Source: Phoronis australis (taxonomy: Eukaryota > Animalia > Phoronida). From it: 64,000 nucleotides of DNA. Shown here in pieces: positions 1 to 12,042 of this stretch. The notes beneath the pieces were generated by a model. The model made no database searches, was not told the DNA's origin, and worked only from the letters and a program-made list of their open reading frames with translations. The DNA is taken from assembly GCA_002633005.1 (NCBI GenBank), contig NMRA01000291.1, forward strand, positions 104,026 through 168,025, written 5' to 3'. The position numbers and the translations under genes are program-made. Each line of letters begins with the position of its first letter. The first letter of the stretch is position 1.

Positions 1-847
1 GACTTTGTGCAAAATTAAATGCAATATTATCTAAGATTTACTGTGTTAGAAATCAAGTTCACAGAACACTAAACAATCTGCTTTGGTGCTGTAGTAATAT
101 AAGGCTTTGGAATGATCTCGGTAAAATGTGACCAAAACAAGATTTTGCACTAAGTTATTGCCATTAAAAACTACATTCCTCCTCGGTTAATTTATCTTAG
201 TTACTGCTGGGAAAACAATGCCGTTAGTCCCTTATTCTGTAGTGTAGTTTCTGGAGCAATCGTATCAGTCAACTTTGAGGGCCATGAAATCAAGCGCTAT
301 CTGTTGGCCAATCTCTGTTTTCGGTCCAATGTTCTTTTTTTCACAAGGCAGCACACAGTTCACAACAAATTCCCAGAAGTGGTGGCACCCCCATTAGTAG
401 TTTTGAGTACTAAACACCCAGTAAACCGAAATTCTCCAGAAATTTTGTTTCTGTGAAGTTGTCATCATCAACCAAAAGATTTCACTTTGCAAACCAAAGT
501 CAAGCAAATGTCATATGTCCAAGCGTACTGTTTTGAAATCTTTGTCTGAATTCACTTTGTAACAAAAGCCGAAATGCGAAGTAAGAAAATGAGGTCAATC
601 AGATTGTGTTTCTTTTAAACAGTCGTAACAGACAAGAAAGCTGTCATTTGAATGTTTGTGATGCAGAAACATAATATGGTTTGATGTGATAGATTTTGGT
701 TTAAGTTTCATTTCAAGAGGACCGCAAATAGAGTTGTGACTGTAAATTGTGAACTCCGCTTAAATTTCCAATTATTACCCACATCCTTCACTAGCTGGTT
801 TAACATTCAGTCATAAACAGCTAGCTGCTGGCTACTTTGACCCATAC

Positions 848-3800
848 CTGGTGGCACTGTATAGTACCCTGGCATCATGCCTGCTGGGCCTGGTACCATC
901 ATCATTGGTGGCTGTTGGTAGACAACTGTAGGGGGCGCTGTAGGCGCCTGGTACTCCTGAAAATACAAAAATATACGATTTTACTTGCATATTTTTATGC
1001 CTAAAGCTATTGGTTGAGATAGCGGTGACAGAACTGGGGATTTTTTGAAGTATAGACAGATTTTGTGTTTACCTCAGTAGAATGGAGACATTCTCAACCA
1101 ATTGTGTTAAGAGGATGATATCTAGTGTCAGAGACAAATGCGTAGATCAGAGAACAAGACCAACAGGTACTACTACGTAGTAATATGTCACATAATAAGC
1201 ACACAATATGGCAACAAAATTTATTATTGTAATTATATTTTGTCAAATTTCCCCGCAAAAATTAGGCTTAAGAAAATTTTGCTCAGTCTACTACTATGGT
1301 TTGTACAGTCCTATTGAAATAAAAGCACTATCAATTTTTTTCTATGTGGCATGGTAATCAACCAGTGAAAAACAGAAAAATGAGAATTCCCGCAATTGTT
1401 TTTTTGAGAGAAATATCAGAAGAATAACCAATGTTGACAAGACCCAAGACCTTTTTATTTGCCTTGCATGGTTCATCTTAAGTTGTCCGGACTGCCATCC
1501 TGACATCAGTACATAATACAACAGACACGCACCACTCAAAAGAAGACCATTGTCTGTTCACCTAAAAATGGACCAAGTTTGAATGAACGGTTGATAACTT
1601 ACAGAGAAAGAGAAGATGAGGTTGAGCATGCCCTCCTTGTCCTCACCCTGGCGTCCAGTCAATGCGTACCAATCCTCGTGGGTCTCGCCATTCAGGGAAG
1701 CCTGGGAAATGGGGATGTGAGCCCAGGCAATCCTGTCATCGATCGAGAACTGGCGCTAGAAGCAGTGAGGGAAAACTATGTTAAATGCCTATGAACACCA
1801 CGAGTACGTATTGATCCGTATATCTATTATGTAGGTTCTTATTTATCCTCTTGTCTTCTGCACTATTTAATTATGTGATATTCTACACAGAGAAGAAAGT
1901 CACATTATGATCATTCTTAATCTTTCTTCATGTCACTGCATGGCACAATCACTTCAATTTCACAAAAATGAGAAACTATTTTTGCCATTATCAGTTTACT
2001 AGCACAACAGATGAAAGCTTGAAGTGAAAGAGGATGTGGGAGTTGACAACCATAGTGTAAGGGTAAACCTCCTTGATGGATACAAAAAATAATCATAAAC
2101 ACCCACAACTCAACAAGCGTAAATTTACAATGCTATTAGGTAGTATCAACGGGTTTAACAATAAAACAAAATATCAGGATCGTCGTCATTAGAAAATTGG
2201 GAATTCATGGACACATAAACACAAAGTGTGGTAACAACCAACACGTCAATTTAATATGTTACATTTTGCAACATGTACATATTACACAGAAATATAGAGA
2301 CAGGTCTAAACGTGGTACATCCCACAAAGCAATTCCATCGTCATGAGAAAACTCACCTCAAGGAAACAGTAGCACTGAGCCAGAGCAATATTTAATCAAG
2401 TAAATGCAGTCTACCCATCTCCATTGGAAAAGGAAGAGAATAGGAACAGCAAAAGAAATTTATTCCTACAAGTCAGGTGTTTTTAAGTAAAACAATACAC
2501 ATGTAGAAACATGGATAACTAACCAGTAACAGCATATCAAGGTAGATTCTAAAAATAATAAAAATCCTTGAAAATATCATTTTTAACTTTCAACGTTTTA
2601 GCATCTTCAAACAAAAATATCACAGAATGAAGGCCTAGTGAAGTTTTCATTGCGATTGTGATTTATTATTTAATTACATATTGAAATTAAGGTGTTACAA
2701 AACTTACCTCGTCAAATATTTCAACATAAATTGAGTCAACCCCAACAGGCAAATAACTGAAAAGATTAACAAATACATTTGAATAGACACAGCACAGACC
2801 CTCTGTCAGCTATAAGCAAAACCCCCCTCAATATCTGTTTTTGTTCAACATTTCGCTACTTTAAATTTGACAGAAATTCAAGTTTTTTGAATTTTGAATT
2901 TTCATTTTTCACAATTTTAGATATATTTACAGCATTTAAATGAAAAACAAACACTGCCACTTATTAACAAAATCTCAAGCACAACACTTAGTTTTAGGAA
3001 ACCAATTTTTAGTGTTTCATTAAAGGAGAATGCCACCCAATTTAACTAGTCTTTTTTGCCGTCTTAATCGGTCAATATCCACATCGCCTTGCAGGCGGTC
3101 GACCTTACCTTGCCGAGAGGTGTCGCATTAACCTGTGAGGAAGGTGAGAAACAACGCAGCGACGTCAGTGGTTCATTTGCAGAGTTCATGCTGCTATGTT
3201 GCGGTGCATCGTTCCGGCTTGTCCGAACGATGGAGCTGCGAAGAAAGCGGGTATATCGTTTTTTCGACTTTCTCGAGAGTCCGAAATGCTTAGGAAGTGG
3301 CTCGCGGTAGTGAGGAATTAAAAGTACGCTGTAAATAGCAAGTATGAGGCCGTGAAACATCTCCGTGTCTGTGGCCTGCAGTCGTCGCGGGACAGTGGCT
3401 GACGAATGCCAGCTTACCAAATAACTATCCATACGTTCCGTTGACGGTCTGAGCTTGTTCACGGAGCCTCTCTAGTATTTCTTCATCACTGTATTCCTGT
3501 TCGAACTGATAGCCTGTGAAACTTAACGATCCACCTGCGAAGTCTTCGTTGGGATGAGCTCTCGTCTAAGTCGGGATTACGCGGAGTTGCCGCCAGTGTT
3601 GACGTTTATTACTGAGCGTTCTGTTTCAAAATGAACTATTCTCATCCTTATACCAATACTTTTTACAACTGAAACAAAGTGTGTCTCATTAGATGCAATT
3701 TGGAATGCCTTAGGAGTGTTCGTGAGTGCAAATGATTTGAGAAGCCAGCGATGAATAAATCCCTGCGTTAACGGCTTTATGTGTAATAAAACTAATTGAC

Positions 3801-6800
3801 GGGACACCGGGGCCGTGTGAGCTCATGCTAATTCAGTGTTTGATGACAGAAACTGTTGTGAGACAATTCGATTTCTATTCACCTATTTCACGAAAGCGCC
3901 ATCTTCCCGCGCCATCTTTAAATACTGATCGAAAACGAGGCACACTGATAAAACGTCGTGAGTGATCATCAGCTGGCCATGATGGTGCACTGTGCAGTGC
4001 CTGAACGTACCAATTCCAGTAATAACTCGTCGGTATCCTTCCCAGGGATATACTTAGCCACTCGCCCAGTCACTAATGAGAGTAAAAATGGTGCTGGGCG
4101 AATAGAAGTTGACTTGCCGGTGGCCCAGGTGGCGAGCGAATTTCAGAGCGCAAAAGCACTATATATCGTTTCCCAGATGAATATGAATAATTTTCCTCCT
4201 CCCTGTGCTGTTTTTTATCATGAATTTAAGGTTCAGTTTGGTCATCGTGTCGATGCTCTGGCAGTAAAAAACATCAGCGCAGTGCGACCCTACCGATTCA
4301 GTACATGTCACCCGTTACGCGATTTGTCAAAAAAACAGTGTGTGATCGTGCACAAAGAACTTGTGGACTAGTCCGAAACGAAGAAAAGGGGAGAAAGGTG
4401 GAAGACCGATCCATGTGCTCATAGCAAATGAAATACCATATTTCTTGGAACTGATTTCTTATTGTAATGTACAATGTCATTTTAGCCAAAATTATTTTTA
4501 TAACATACGTCCTAATAAGCGCCCATGCCCCTATAAGCGTCCCCACTCGTTTTCAGAATTCGCTAAAACAAGCGCCCAGTCCATGAATGTGTATATATTA
4601 GTGCGAAAAAATGCCTTACCTCACAGTTCTAAAATTCTACAGTAATGTATTCAATTTATCAATAATATCCGACAGTCCTGAAAAATCATTGTGCGCGGAA
4701 TTTCTAGTAGACCACGAGCCTCGCCGCTATGTCGGTATTTAGCCGTGGCTGTACAATTCAAACTGTTCCACAGCGCTTCAAAAAGAACGCAAAAGATTTG
4801 CTGATCTTGCGAGGAAATTGTCACACAATATGGTCTGGCCCTTCAGAACAGACGCAGCGTACTGGTAACGGGATTGGCCGTATTGTATCTTTCCCGTACA
4901 GATCTTCTCCCACAACAGGAATCCAGGGCCCGGTCTCTAAACTTTGTACTCGAAACAAACTTGAAACTATTTTTGTCAATTTATCTGCTCCTTTTGTGCG
5001 AACTTAAGATAATTGGTTATCAGACTGTGCTCGAATTCATTATAGTTTATGCATAGGAGTTTCTAGTTCAAGTTTGCCCTTGAAGACTCTTATATTCGTG
5101 CTACAAACTCGAGTAAAAACTCAAACTTTCGAGTTCAAACTCGAATTTATACTTTAATATTGGGTTTACAAACTGTGAACTAAGGGCAATAAATTATCTA
5201 CGTAAGTTATTGTGTACTCGAGCATAGAATAATAGACACTTATCTTGATTTCGCCCAAAAGTAGAGTAGAAAATGCCAAAACTAATTTCGAGTTCCATTT
5301 CGAGTAAAAAGATTGGAGACCGTGTCCAGATTGCTTTGTACACGTCAAATTATAAAAACCGCGAATCGAAACTTGGCCAAGAAGCGCGCTAGGGCATACA
5401 TATAATATGTGGGCCTGCTCAATGAGATAAATATAACTATATATACAGCTCATTGGGCCTGTTACTCTGGCAAATGAACACTGATGACACGCACGCGCTC
5501 GCTCACTCGGTGCACACCTGTTGACTCACTTCAATACAAACGTCACGTAACAACATATGTGTTCGCCCAGATTTGTCTCGTTGCGGGGTGCGATCTAGCG
5601 CAGATTTTTACTTAATTTGCTTTTGGCCCGACTCCGAGTCCATCGGAACTTAGAATCTTAGGAAAGGCTATTTGGAAAACTTAAGGAGGATTTCAGGTAA
5701 TTTGAGTCGAAACTATTTTTACTCAAGAATTCAAGTTGTCCTATCGACGATTGCAAAGCAGCGACGCATCACTGAGTCGGCAAGTTTTCGCCCTGGGATT
5801 TCAGCACATTTTTTAAAAAGATCGTAATTTAACAACAGAGTTTGATAGCAATGCACCACAGTTTTGTAGACAGTCTGTCATAGGTTACACATACGTCACA
5901 GCAAGTAAATTTGATGAATCCTAGCTTCCGAGATTTCACCCGTTTCGGAGACCGGGTTTTAACCGCCGTAGGCTACAAAAAGCGTCCCCCTGGGCGCTTA
6001 TTAGGGCGAATACGTTAGCCCTAATAGAGGGTGACATCAGTGCACGAAACGATGATTTTTATAGGAACTAGCAGCAAGTTTGTGGTGACTGGCTCCAACG
6101 GCCGGGTGACTGAACTTCGGGCTGGGCGAGTAGATTTTCTGGCTCCGGCACTCGCCCAGCTGGAGAGCAGGGTTTTTCAAGACTAAAAGCCTGGGTATAT
6201 CCCTGACTTCCACACTTTTCCAAAAGAGGGAAAACTACGAAGGAATGGCTGAGGAGGGTAAAAGTCTAGTTGCCGTGCGTATTGGTATGTTTTTTGGAGA
6301 TCGATTCAATATCAGACAACTTGATTTTTGGTAACGTTGATAAGTCTTTTGACCACACACCACCTTGCAGGACGATGCCATGTTTGTCAAGGCGCCTCGT
6401 TTTCGATCAACACGACAGCAGCGCCCCGCGTTCGTGAAATAGGTGAATACCACGGCCAGGTGTTAGGGAATCTTTATTTACATTTACATTATTCAAATAA
6501 TGATTGTCAATGTAAAACTTCTGCGGTGACAGTTCTGTGGCCATAGCGGAACCCAGTGTCTTCGCGGCCCCCGACGACTAGTAAGTAGATTTGCAGTTTC
6601 GTGGCCAATTCACCAAAATAATCACGTGCACTTTACTTCTTTGGTTCACTAGTATTTCTTGACTGGAAGTTTAGTTTCCAACTTTGGATGGTTTATGTTC
6701 GTGATGTCTGATCGGCTTCCGAGCCACTAGCTGGGATAACGAGTGGTACCGCCTGCCGCGACGGGCCCGATCGGGTTCCCAGCCACTGGCCAGGATAATA

Positions 6801-9800
6801 ATCGTTTTGTGTGTTTAGAACTAAAAAATAACAAGGCTAAACAACACAGATCTAGGTTCTCCTGTATCTCATGGAAAAATACTTAGAATTTATCTCCAAA
6901 CAGACCCCAAACTCCTGTTACGGACCTTATTAGCCTACCAAACTACCGCTACGGTGTGTCCACACACCAATAAATCCGGAACAGCGAAATAAAACAACAT
7001 GTTTTTATAAGAACTCGGTGTATTTTTAAGGGTTTTACATCGACGTTTGATGATTTATTGGTGTTAAACGACGAATTTAAGCAATAAGCTGACACCAGTA
7101 ACCCGTGTTGTGAACTGCTGAACAGATTGCGTGTGAAACCAATTACGTCATTGGATAATTTCAACACCTCCGTCTGCCGTCAGGTGTCAGGTAACGCAAC
7201 CGTACGTGCCCTTATGGAGTAGAACTACTCGATCTAAATTAATACAAATTAGGTTGTTTTTGGGGTGGCATGCTCCTTTAACGTAAGTAAAATAATCATT
7301 TCTAACACAATAAGCATCAAGTACTATTACAGGATATACTGAAAACGAACCTACCAGCAGATGGTTTTATTCCAGCGAGGGTTTTTCGCTCCATTGTGAG
7401 CTGTGGGTGTTTCAAAAACAGCATGACCAACACGGAATCGACAGTAAGGGTCCATCTTGGTAATGCCATAGTTTTTCGCAAGCTTGGCCTGAAATTCAGG
7501 TAGAATTACATCCAAATTCTACACATGTAAACTCGGCACCACAGTGTGGGAATTCCAAATACCATGATTGAGAACTATTAGTTTTATTTTTCCAATATCA
7601 ACTTGAAATAATCGTGACTTTGGTAACATGGTTTTTAGTTAATAATAGTCCAATTGTAAGCAAGTTCAAATGTGAAAATCCATGGCTCCACTTTTTCCTA
7701 CTCATGAACACTGGCCCAATCTGAACAGGAGCCTTGAAAACAAGAGTAATACACGTGTAATGCAATGTGTTGAAATGCATTGCAAACCGTATACTTCTAA
7801 GGATGTTAATTAGTATCACTTAATATATAAAATAAAAAGGCACTATGGTGTGCAGCATTAGCCCAATCTGTAGGAAACAAGGCAAGTGTTGTCGTTTCCT
7901 TTGTAGAAACTTTTTTGCCAAACTTCGTGAACATCCATTAACCTGAAGGAACTTGGTAGATATAGAGCCATACACAACGAAAAGAAGCCTAAATTGCCAC
8001 TAGGGGACGCCGCAGCAGCTGGCCTCATCCCAAAATCAACTTCATGTGTACTCTCTCCAACTGGAACACATATTCTATTGAGTTCTCATCTCAGTAGGAA
8101 CATATTATGTAAAATTTTTTAATGATCCTTTAAGCGGTTTGACTGATAGAAATGCGCATGTCAACAATAGATACAAAAATAGTAAAATAGCCACAAGGAG
8201 GCTCAGTGTATGTATAATCTGTCTGAAAATGGAAAGCTGACATCATCTCTATAATAGAAACCTATCGGCTTAGTAACTTCATGAAAATCTGTCAAGTAAC
8301 TCCATGGATACAGATGGTAACAGAAACAAAATTTAATTGTCATCATGGAGCAAAGAGGTAGTCATGTCCGTCTGAAAATTTGCTTGTGACATCCTCTCCA
8401 AGATGTATTAAATTTTCACAAACATCCACCGTAGGATTTTGAAGGTACAGTAGTGGACACCAGACAAAATGGCGGCGTGAAAATGAGAAGAAATTTTACC
8501 ATAGGCAGAGTTCTCCCTGTCGCACCATAATTCGGTACATGTAGGATAAACATCGATTGGTTTACACTGTTTGCACAATGCCTTCCACTATCCGAGTATC
8601 AGACCATTGACTTCGCAGTCGAGCAATTCACTCTCTTCACAACAACTGATCACCCAGTCTTCAAGAACCATGATGATGTTGTTAAACAAGATTTTTTGTC
8701 ATGAGTTTTTTACCAATAAGGAGCACAGATTGGAACTGGAATTGGTAAGGAAGTTCAAAACAGATGAGAACTGTGTAGACTTAAAATACCTGTGCAACTG
8801 TAATGCTTAGTCTTCCTGCTACATTTGATGAATTGACGCCAAAGCCAGCGTACTGGGTCTGCATGTATTGTGCCGCCTGAGCATCCAGCGCTACCTGGTT
8901 TGGGCCAACACCAGTAACACGGAGGAAGTCTTCAGGCAAGTCCCCTACCATGACCTGCAACATAAATTGCGTGGACGTGATTTTGTTAACACAAGATTTC
9001 CAATGCAAACTTGCTTCCAATTTCATGTTTATTTTTAGCAAATGACAGTATTGCATGTGTGCTGCTGGAAGGCCAAAAATTGTTTCTGTCCGTGTTCTGG
9101 ATCCACCACCTGCATGTTGGCAACCTTTCCACCCACCACTTCGAAGACATGTGGACACCTCAGGGTCTTGTGGGTCTGACCAGAGGTACATCCTAATATG
9201 CCATACACATCAGAAGAAAACAAAAGGAAACAGGATAATGGGGAAGTCACGCGTCTACCGGTCACATTGAATAGATGCAGCACAGATGAGGGACGAGTCT
9301 AACATTGGTTGAGTGCCAATTTTGAAAGATACATTATCTGACTGTACGGCACAACTAGATGTCACATGATTTATAGGTAACACAAGCACCACGAGATACG
9401 ACATCATATCCTACCCTCCCCCCAGCACAATCAGTGTAAAAATGACCAGTTGCCAATTAGGACAACTGAACAAAGGACTGTATTGAAAAATGTTTGATTA
9501 CAGGGGTATTTGCTTGGGTTGGAAGAAAATACATAGATCAACGACCTCATAAGATGTACTTCTATGCGCAAAAGTTACTGGCAACATAATTTTGATGGTT
9601 TAATCAGTGTGAGGCATACTTTACCAAAAAGATTCATGCCCATGGAGAGCATATGGAATGGCCACCATCTCTACTGAGCCACATTCAGTTGAGAAGGTGG
9701 TACTGTCTAAGGCTAAATCTTTACCAAAAAGATTCATGCCCATGGAGAGCATATGGAATGGCCACCATCTCTACTGAGCCACATTCAGTTGAGAAGGTGG

Positions 9801-11733
9801 TACTGTCTAAGGCTAAATCTAAGTTAGTAAATAAGTAAGTAACACAGGTTTATTCCACGTCAGTACGGTTCACAAACAGATAAAACATTAGCACTAGTTT
9901 GCCATAGAAGTTCAAGAAGAAATATACAACATTTTTTTTAAAAAAAACTATAGTACAGACTCTTACAGATAGTCATACCACAGATAGAAAAACAAATGGA
10001 CAACTTTCTTACAAAAATGTTACCCTACAATACTCGCAAGGAACTCACATGAGTCATCAAAAATGTTAATATGTCTTACAAAGTCTGATCATTTATGTTA
10101 CATTATTTGAATAAATTCCACAGCATAGCACCTATTACTATACTAACTCTATGACATCATGACATTTGACAATGAATGTAGCTGATTACATTTTTGTCCA
10201 GTTCCAGGACTGCATCTATTATAGTCCGATTACCTCTCGTCGTCAGTCTCCAAAGGTCGTCCGCCATCTTGTTTCGCGTGCAGCGCTGCCACGCGGGACT
10301 TAGCGTTCCAATTTGGAACGCTCGTCTGCACGTTAGGTACTAACCTCTCGGGAGAAACACGCATGGAAGAACTGAGACTAAAATTAATGCATTTACCGAC
10401 TGTTTTTTTGAGACCACTTAAAAACTTGTTGATTTTACTAATGCACTTTTTTGTTCATTTTCAGAAGATATTTTCGAAATTAAATTTTCTTCAGACGGAA
10501 CAAAAAGCAACCCAGGGATTGTTTATGCAATGTATCTATTTGTCCCAGGCACTAACCGACATCTGTTAGGCCAAAGGAAAAACGCAGCAGACAAATGGAA
10601 CACGCTGGGTGCTTAACAGTTTCGGCCCACGCCTTGGTCATCAAAATATTGTTCACTTGTTTTTTTATTGCAAAACACAGTACTGAACTCAACATTTATG
10701 TTGAAAATTTTGGTTAAAGCATTTTGAATTTATTTGAAGAAAATTAAAATACTTGAATTGATAGAGAATGGCCACCAATAAAGTAAAACATTGACTTTAT
10801 TTCACTATATTGCATTTGTTACATACAACACAGCATGACATAATCAAAAATAAAAGAAGAGATTGAGCAATAAAATTCAAATGCAACTTGGGTATTTATT
10901 TATTTATTTATGAATGCAGAAGCCTGTTAAAGATGAGAAAAAATCAAACAATACAATTATGGGTAATTTATTAGAACAATTGTATCGAGGTTCAATGATC
11001 AACTTCCGCCTACCAAGTCTCAAAGGCTTACAGTTCTGTTTTGGCTGACAAGGTGTTAACAGAGAATGAAGAGAAACTGAAAAGAAAAAGAAGGACAGCA
11101 GAGATAAGTGATGTTAAGAACAACAAGAGCAAAAAGTCAAATAAAGAGGTCACAAATACAAAATAAGTAAGGTCTGCCTGGAATAAAACAATTGTGATTT
11201 ATTTTCCAGAACTGAAATTCTAAATCAATTTTAATCGATTTAAAAATCGATATCATACCAGTAAAACAGTTTGTGGTTGAAGTAGAGTTGCTGTAAACCA
11301 CTTTCCACTATTTTCTTGGCCTTTTTCTGTGTGGTTTTCTGTCCTTTCAAAAGGCGGCAGCACATGACGACCATAGGTGTCATTATAAAATGGCTGCCGA
11401 AAACCAATGCACAGTTGAACAACTCGGCTTAAGTAAAAGAAAACGTTTGAATCAACGAATACTATATATTTGTGAGAGTTAAATCAAGTCCTATTCAGAT
11501 CATAACTTTGAAGTGGAATAATTGGGTGAGTAAGACAACAAGCCGGTTTTATGCTTAGGCGGACGACTATAGGGTTTCGGAGTGTACATTACAACAGTTT
11601 CAAGGCTAAAATGATTTATTCGCGACCATTAAACTACTTCTGTTTGAAAGTTTTTGAACCCTTGTTGTGTCATTGGACATTTGGACAACAAACGAAATAC
11701 CTGACTTCTTTTCTGGGCAGTTGTGGACGTCAT
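848..11733 (-). CDS. TOLLIP: Toll-interacting protein (TBD + C2 domain); 3'-partial, CUE exon expected left of the window
   Basis: Spliced by eye with GT-AG sites and consistent phases. Exons: 11733-11701 ([11 protein letters not shown]), 8954-8790 ([13 protein letters not shown]...GRLSITVAQ), 7488-7355 ([41 protein letters not shown]), 2756-2708 ([16 protein letters not shown]), 1755-1603 ([15 protein letters not shown]...[18 protein letters not shown]), 956-848 (Pro/Met-rich linker, donor CAG|GTATGG). These motifs match vertebrate TOLLIP as recalled. Confidence 0.96.
4503..6015. mobile_element. Tc1/mariner/pogo-like non-autonomous element
   Basis: Inverted termini with core CCTAATAAGCGCCC (4511) / GGGCGCTTATTAGG (5992), TA on both flanks. 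The left tip is degenerate. Confidence 0.65.
4927..5326. mobile_element. PIF/Harbinger-like MITE, 400 bp
   Basis: TIR GGCCCGGTCTC(C/T)AA / TTGGAGACCGTGTC, CAG TSD (4924-4926, 5327-5329). A near-identical second copy lies at 59835-60152. Many internal ACTCGA/TCGAGT motifs. Confidence 0.85.
7876..8531 (-). mobile_element. Degenerate Helentron-associated (HINE/DINE-1-like) element
   Basis: On the minus strand it starts with TTATGGTGCGACAGGGAGAACTCTGCC and ends CTTGTT. It has decayed internal subunits with GCCACTAGGGGACGC (7996) and GCCACAAGGAGGC (8190), resembling the motifs of the 61.8-63.5 kb element. Confidence 0.45.
9619..9820. repeat. Perfect 100-bp tandem duplication in TOLLIP intron 1
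   Basis: CTTTACCAAAAAGATTCATGCCC...GGCTAAAT occurs at 9619 and 9719 with identical sequence. Confidence 0.95.
10222..10380. mobile_element. Possible short MITE with TAGTC..GACTA termini and an internal palindrome
   Basis: GC-rich island in an AT-rich intron. Termini TAGTC / GACTA, perfect inverted repeat at 10302-10322. No clear TSD. Confidence 0.35.
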
Positions 11734-12042
11734 TTTGACTAACTTGTGACGGAGAATAATTTTTTGTCAACACTTCCGTCTTCGCTTAAGAATGAGCATC
11801 CCATAAACTTTTATAATAAAAACAAAACTCTTGTGTCAATTGTAGTTTTTCGAAAAGTGAAGAAAAATGGTATACTTTTATTTCTAATTAAAGTTTTAAC
11901 TCAGTAAAAAATCACTTATAGTGGCATTTAAAGCACAAATTTTGTTTCAAAATTATGTAATTGGCGCTTCCTGTAAATACCTCGTTCCGGTGTTGCTAGT
12001 CAACAGCTTGCCTATGTGAGTGGAGCAGAAATGAACTAAGCG
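11734..12042. promoter_or_regulatory. Bidirectional promoter and 5' UTRs shared by TOLLIP and the F-box/WD40 gene
   Basis: The divergent ATGs are 309 bp apart. ETS-like cores CACTTCCGT (11771), CGCTTCCTGT (11965) and GTTCCGGT (11984). Confidence 0.7.

Larger units (their letters stand above)
4043..6205. mobile_element. Non-autonomous hAT-like element (CAGGG termini, 6-bp TSD)
   Basis: Perfect 11-bp TIR CAGGGATATAC / GTATATCCCTG. Flanks CCTTCC and ACTTCC match 5 of 6. It interrupts the THAP ORF cleanly. Confidence 0.72.
3979..6263 (+). pseudogene. Disrupted THAP zinc-finger N-terminus of the Kolobok-like element
   Basis: Removing insert 4043-6205 and one TSD copy joins [20 protein letters not shown] to [10 protein letters not shown], then after a 1-nt frameshift EWLRRVK. 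This fits the THAP pattern CxVPxC...SFHxFPK...LRxxW with the second Cys mutated. Confidence 0.7.
3024..7277 (+). mobile_element. Kolobok-like DNA transposon relic carrying nested insertions
   Basis: TTAA on both sides (3020-3023, 7278-7281). TIRs AGGAGAATGCCACCC / GGGTGGCATGCTCCT match 14 of 15 bases. RR..YY termini with a TTAA target are typical of Kolobok. Contains a disrupted THAP ORF. Confidence 0.8.

Noticed and set aside
3064-3462. 132-aa minus-strand ORF in the Kolobok-like element as an accessory (KolX) gene
   Set aside because: No recognisable motif; it cannot be supported without a profile search.
3020-7281. piggyBac assignment because of the TTAA TSD
   Set aside because: The termini are AG..CT rather than CC..GG, and a THAP relic is present, which favours Kolobok.
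10234-10267. Candidate TOLLIP first coding exon ([11 protein letters not shown])
   Set aside because: At 34 nt it is in the wrong phase. The 33-nt exon at 11733-11701 fits both phase and homology.
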